Shown here: positions 62,825 through 64,000 of the stretch, one piece after another
How positions within the stretch are numbered: position 1 is the stretch's first letter
Layout of the letters: every line of letters starts with the position of its first letter
Source of the DNA: Felis catus
Taxonomy: Eukaryota
Direction of reading: 5' to 3'
Length of the DNA: 64,000 nt
Assembly (NCBI RefSeq): GCF_018350175.1
Contig: NC_058383.1
Coordinates: forward strand, 4,030,001 to 4,094,000
Notes under the pieces: generated by a model
What the model saw: the letters and a program-made list of their open reading frames with translations, nothing else
Databases searched by the model: none
Told to the model about the DNA's origin: nothing
Translations under genes and position numbers: made by a program

Positions 62825-64000
62825 ACTTGACCTGTGAACTCTGACCCCTGAAGCAGAGGACACTGGCTTGACAGAGGACTTTGTGTTATGCTGCTATGAA
62901 CTTTGACCTGAGTTGGGGAGAGGACGGCAGAGACTTCAAAAGAAAAAAAAAAAAGATTGTAGCCGTAGTGTCATTCCATACTGTCGAGAAATACATTGTT
63001 TTCACTTCAGTGGCTTTTAATCCCGCTTAGGAATCTTAGCTTTTCGTTTGTTTTCTCTTTTTGCCAAAATTAACTGTTCAGTGAAGCCCTTGAAACCTCC
63101 TTGCTTTGCATGCATTAATGTGCCAAGCCAGCAGAGGAGAGGAGAGCTAGAAGCCACTTTACGACACCCGCAGTTGTCTGGTTTTTAAAATCTGTATATA
63201 GTGAGGAGCGTCTTCGGGGGACGGCAGCATCGCGCAGTGGTTGTGGGTGTCCAGGCGGACCTGCTCGGCGGGTCCAAGAGCCCTCTGTGGGCTCGCCAGG
63301 CTGGGGCGTCAGCCGTGGGGAGGAGTGCTCACTCCCCGGAGCCCCTCCCGGGCCCTTTTCCCCGTTTTATTTTGTTAATTAAATTCTTTCCAGATTGGAT
63401 TACTCTGGGAATTCTTGCTTGTTGGACTTTTATTTTGTTTCTGGCCTTATTTTCCACGTGGGTATTGGAGGAGAGCGATTCTTTCTGGCATTAAAAACCT
63501 TGTATTCGGACAGCGCGTGAACTTGAAAGAGCACCCGGAAAGGCCAGCGCCGAGGAAAGTGGTCTGGTTTGTGTGATTAAATTATCTGGTCTTTAATTTT
63601 CCTGTTGAATAACTGTGTGGGGGGTTTGTTTGTTTTTAGGGAATTTAGTAGCGGCTCCCTGGACCCACAGAGCACAGAATTACAGCGTGGTGGCTACCCG
63701 AGTTGTCCTCTGACCTTGAGCCCCGCTGACTGTCAGGGGCTCTCCTCACCTGCGTCAGAAGTGGTAGAGAGAGCTAGAAACGGGGAGGTTGGCTCTGAGC
63801 GCCTGCCTTCCAGTGTGATACGTGCCTTTTCCATTTAGTCTTAGGAATTGTCCGGCAGAGTGACGCGGGGCTGTGGTCACAGGTCCCAGTGTTTGCCCAG
63901 CTTCCCTTTTCGTTTTCACAGCCTGAAACAACCGCAGATACCTCAAACTCTGCATTCCAAACCAAGACACCTAGCAGGTAAAGCTTTGAGGCCGTTCAAA
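62825..64000 (+). other. WIPI2: WIPI2 3' UTR (probably extends past the window)
   Basis: Repeat-free sequence after the stop, U-rich blocks, only ATTAAA variants and no clear AATAAA. Confidence 0.7.

Noticed and set aside
1..64000. CRISPR array, prokaryote-type system or novel multi-gene system
   Set aside because: Mammalian locus with no regularly spaced direct repeats or operon-like ORFs; the content is explained by MMD2, WIPI2, a retrocopy and common repeats.

Overview
Mammalian genomic DNA, almost certainly a felid (cat family), judged by about 30 carnivore tRNA-derived CAN-SINEs, including the Felidae SINEC_Fc type. The window holds two head-to-head genes about 21 kb apart. One is the first coding exon and CpG-island promoter of MMD2/PAQR10 (minus strand, ATG at 2746; the rest lies off the left edge). 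The other is the complete coding region of the autophagy PROPPIN gene WIPI2 (plus strand, 13 GT-AG exons, 24130-62824, summing to 1365 nt = 454 aa), with an alternative 54-nt cassette exon and alternative exon-12 donors. Between them lie an intronless NDUFB1 retrocopy with an open frame, solo LTRs, and L1/L2/DNA-transposon fossils. I found no convincing new biological system. The best leads are regulatory: uORFs in both genes, WIPI2 isoform switches, a possible GC donor, a possible poison exon, miR-15/16 and Pumilio sites, and young nested SINEs. Most ORFs in the supplied track are spurious. Ortholog and repeat-family comparisons are from recall, not database searches, and repeat boundaries are approximate.
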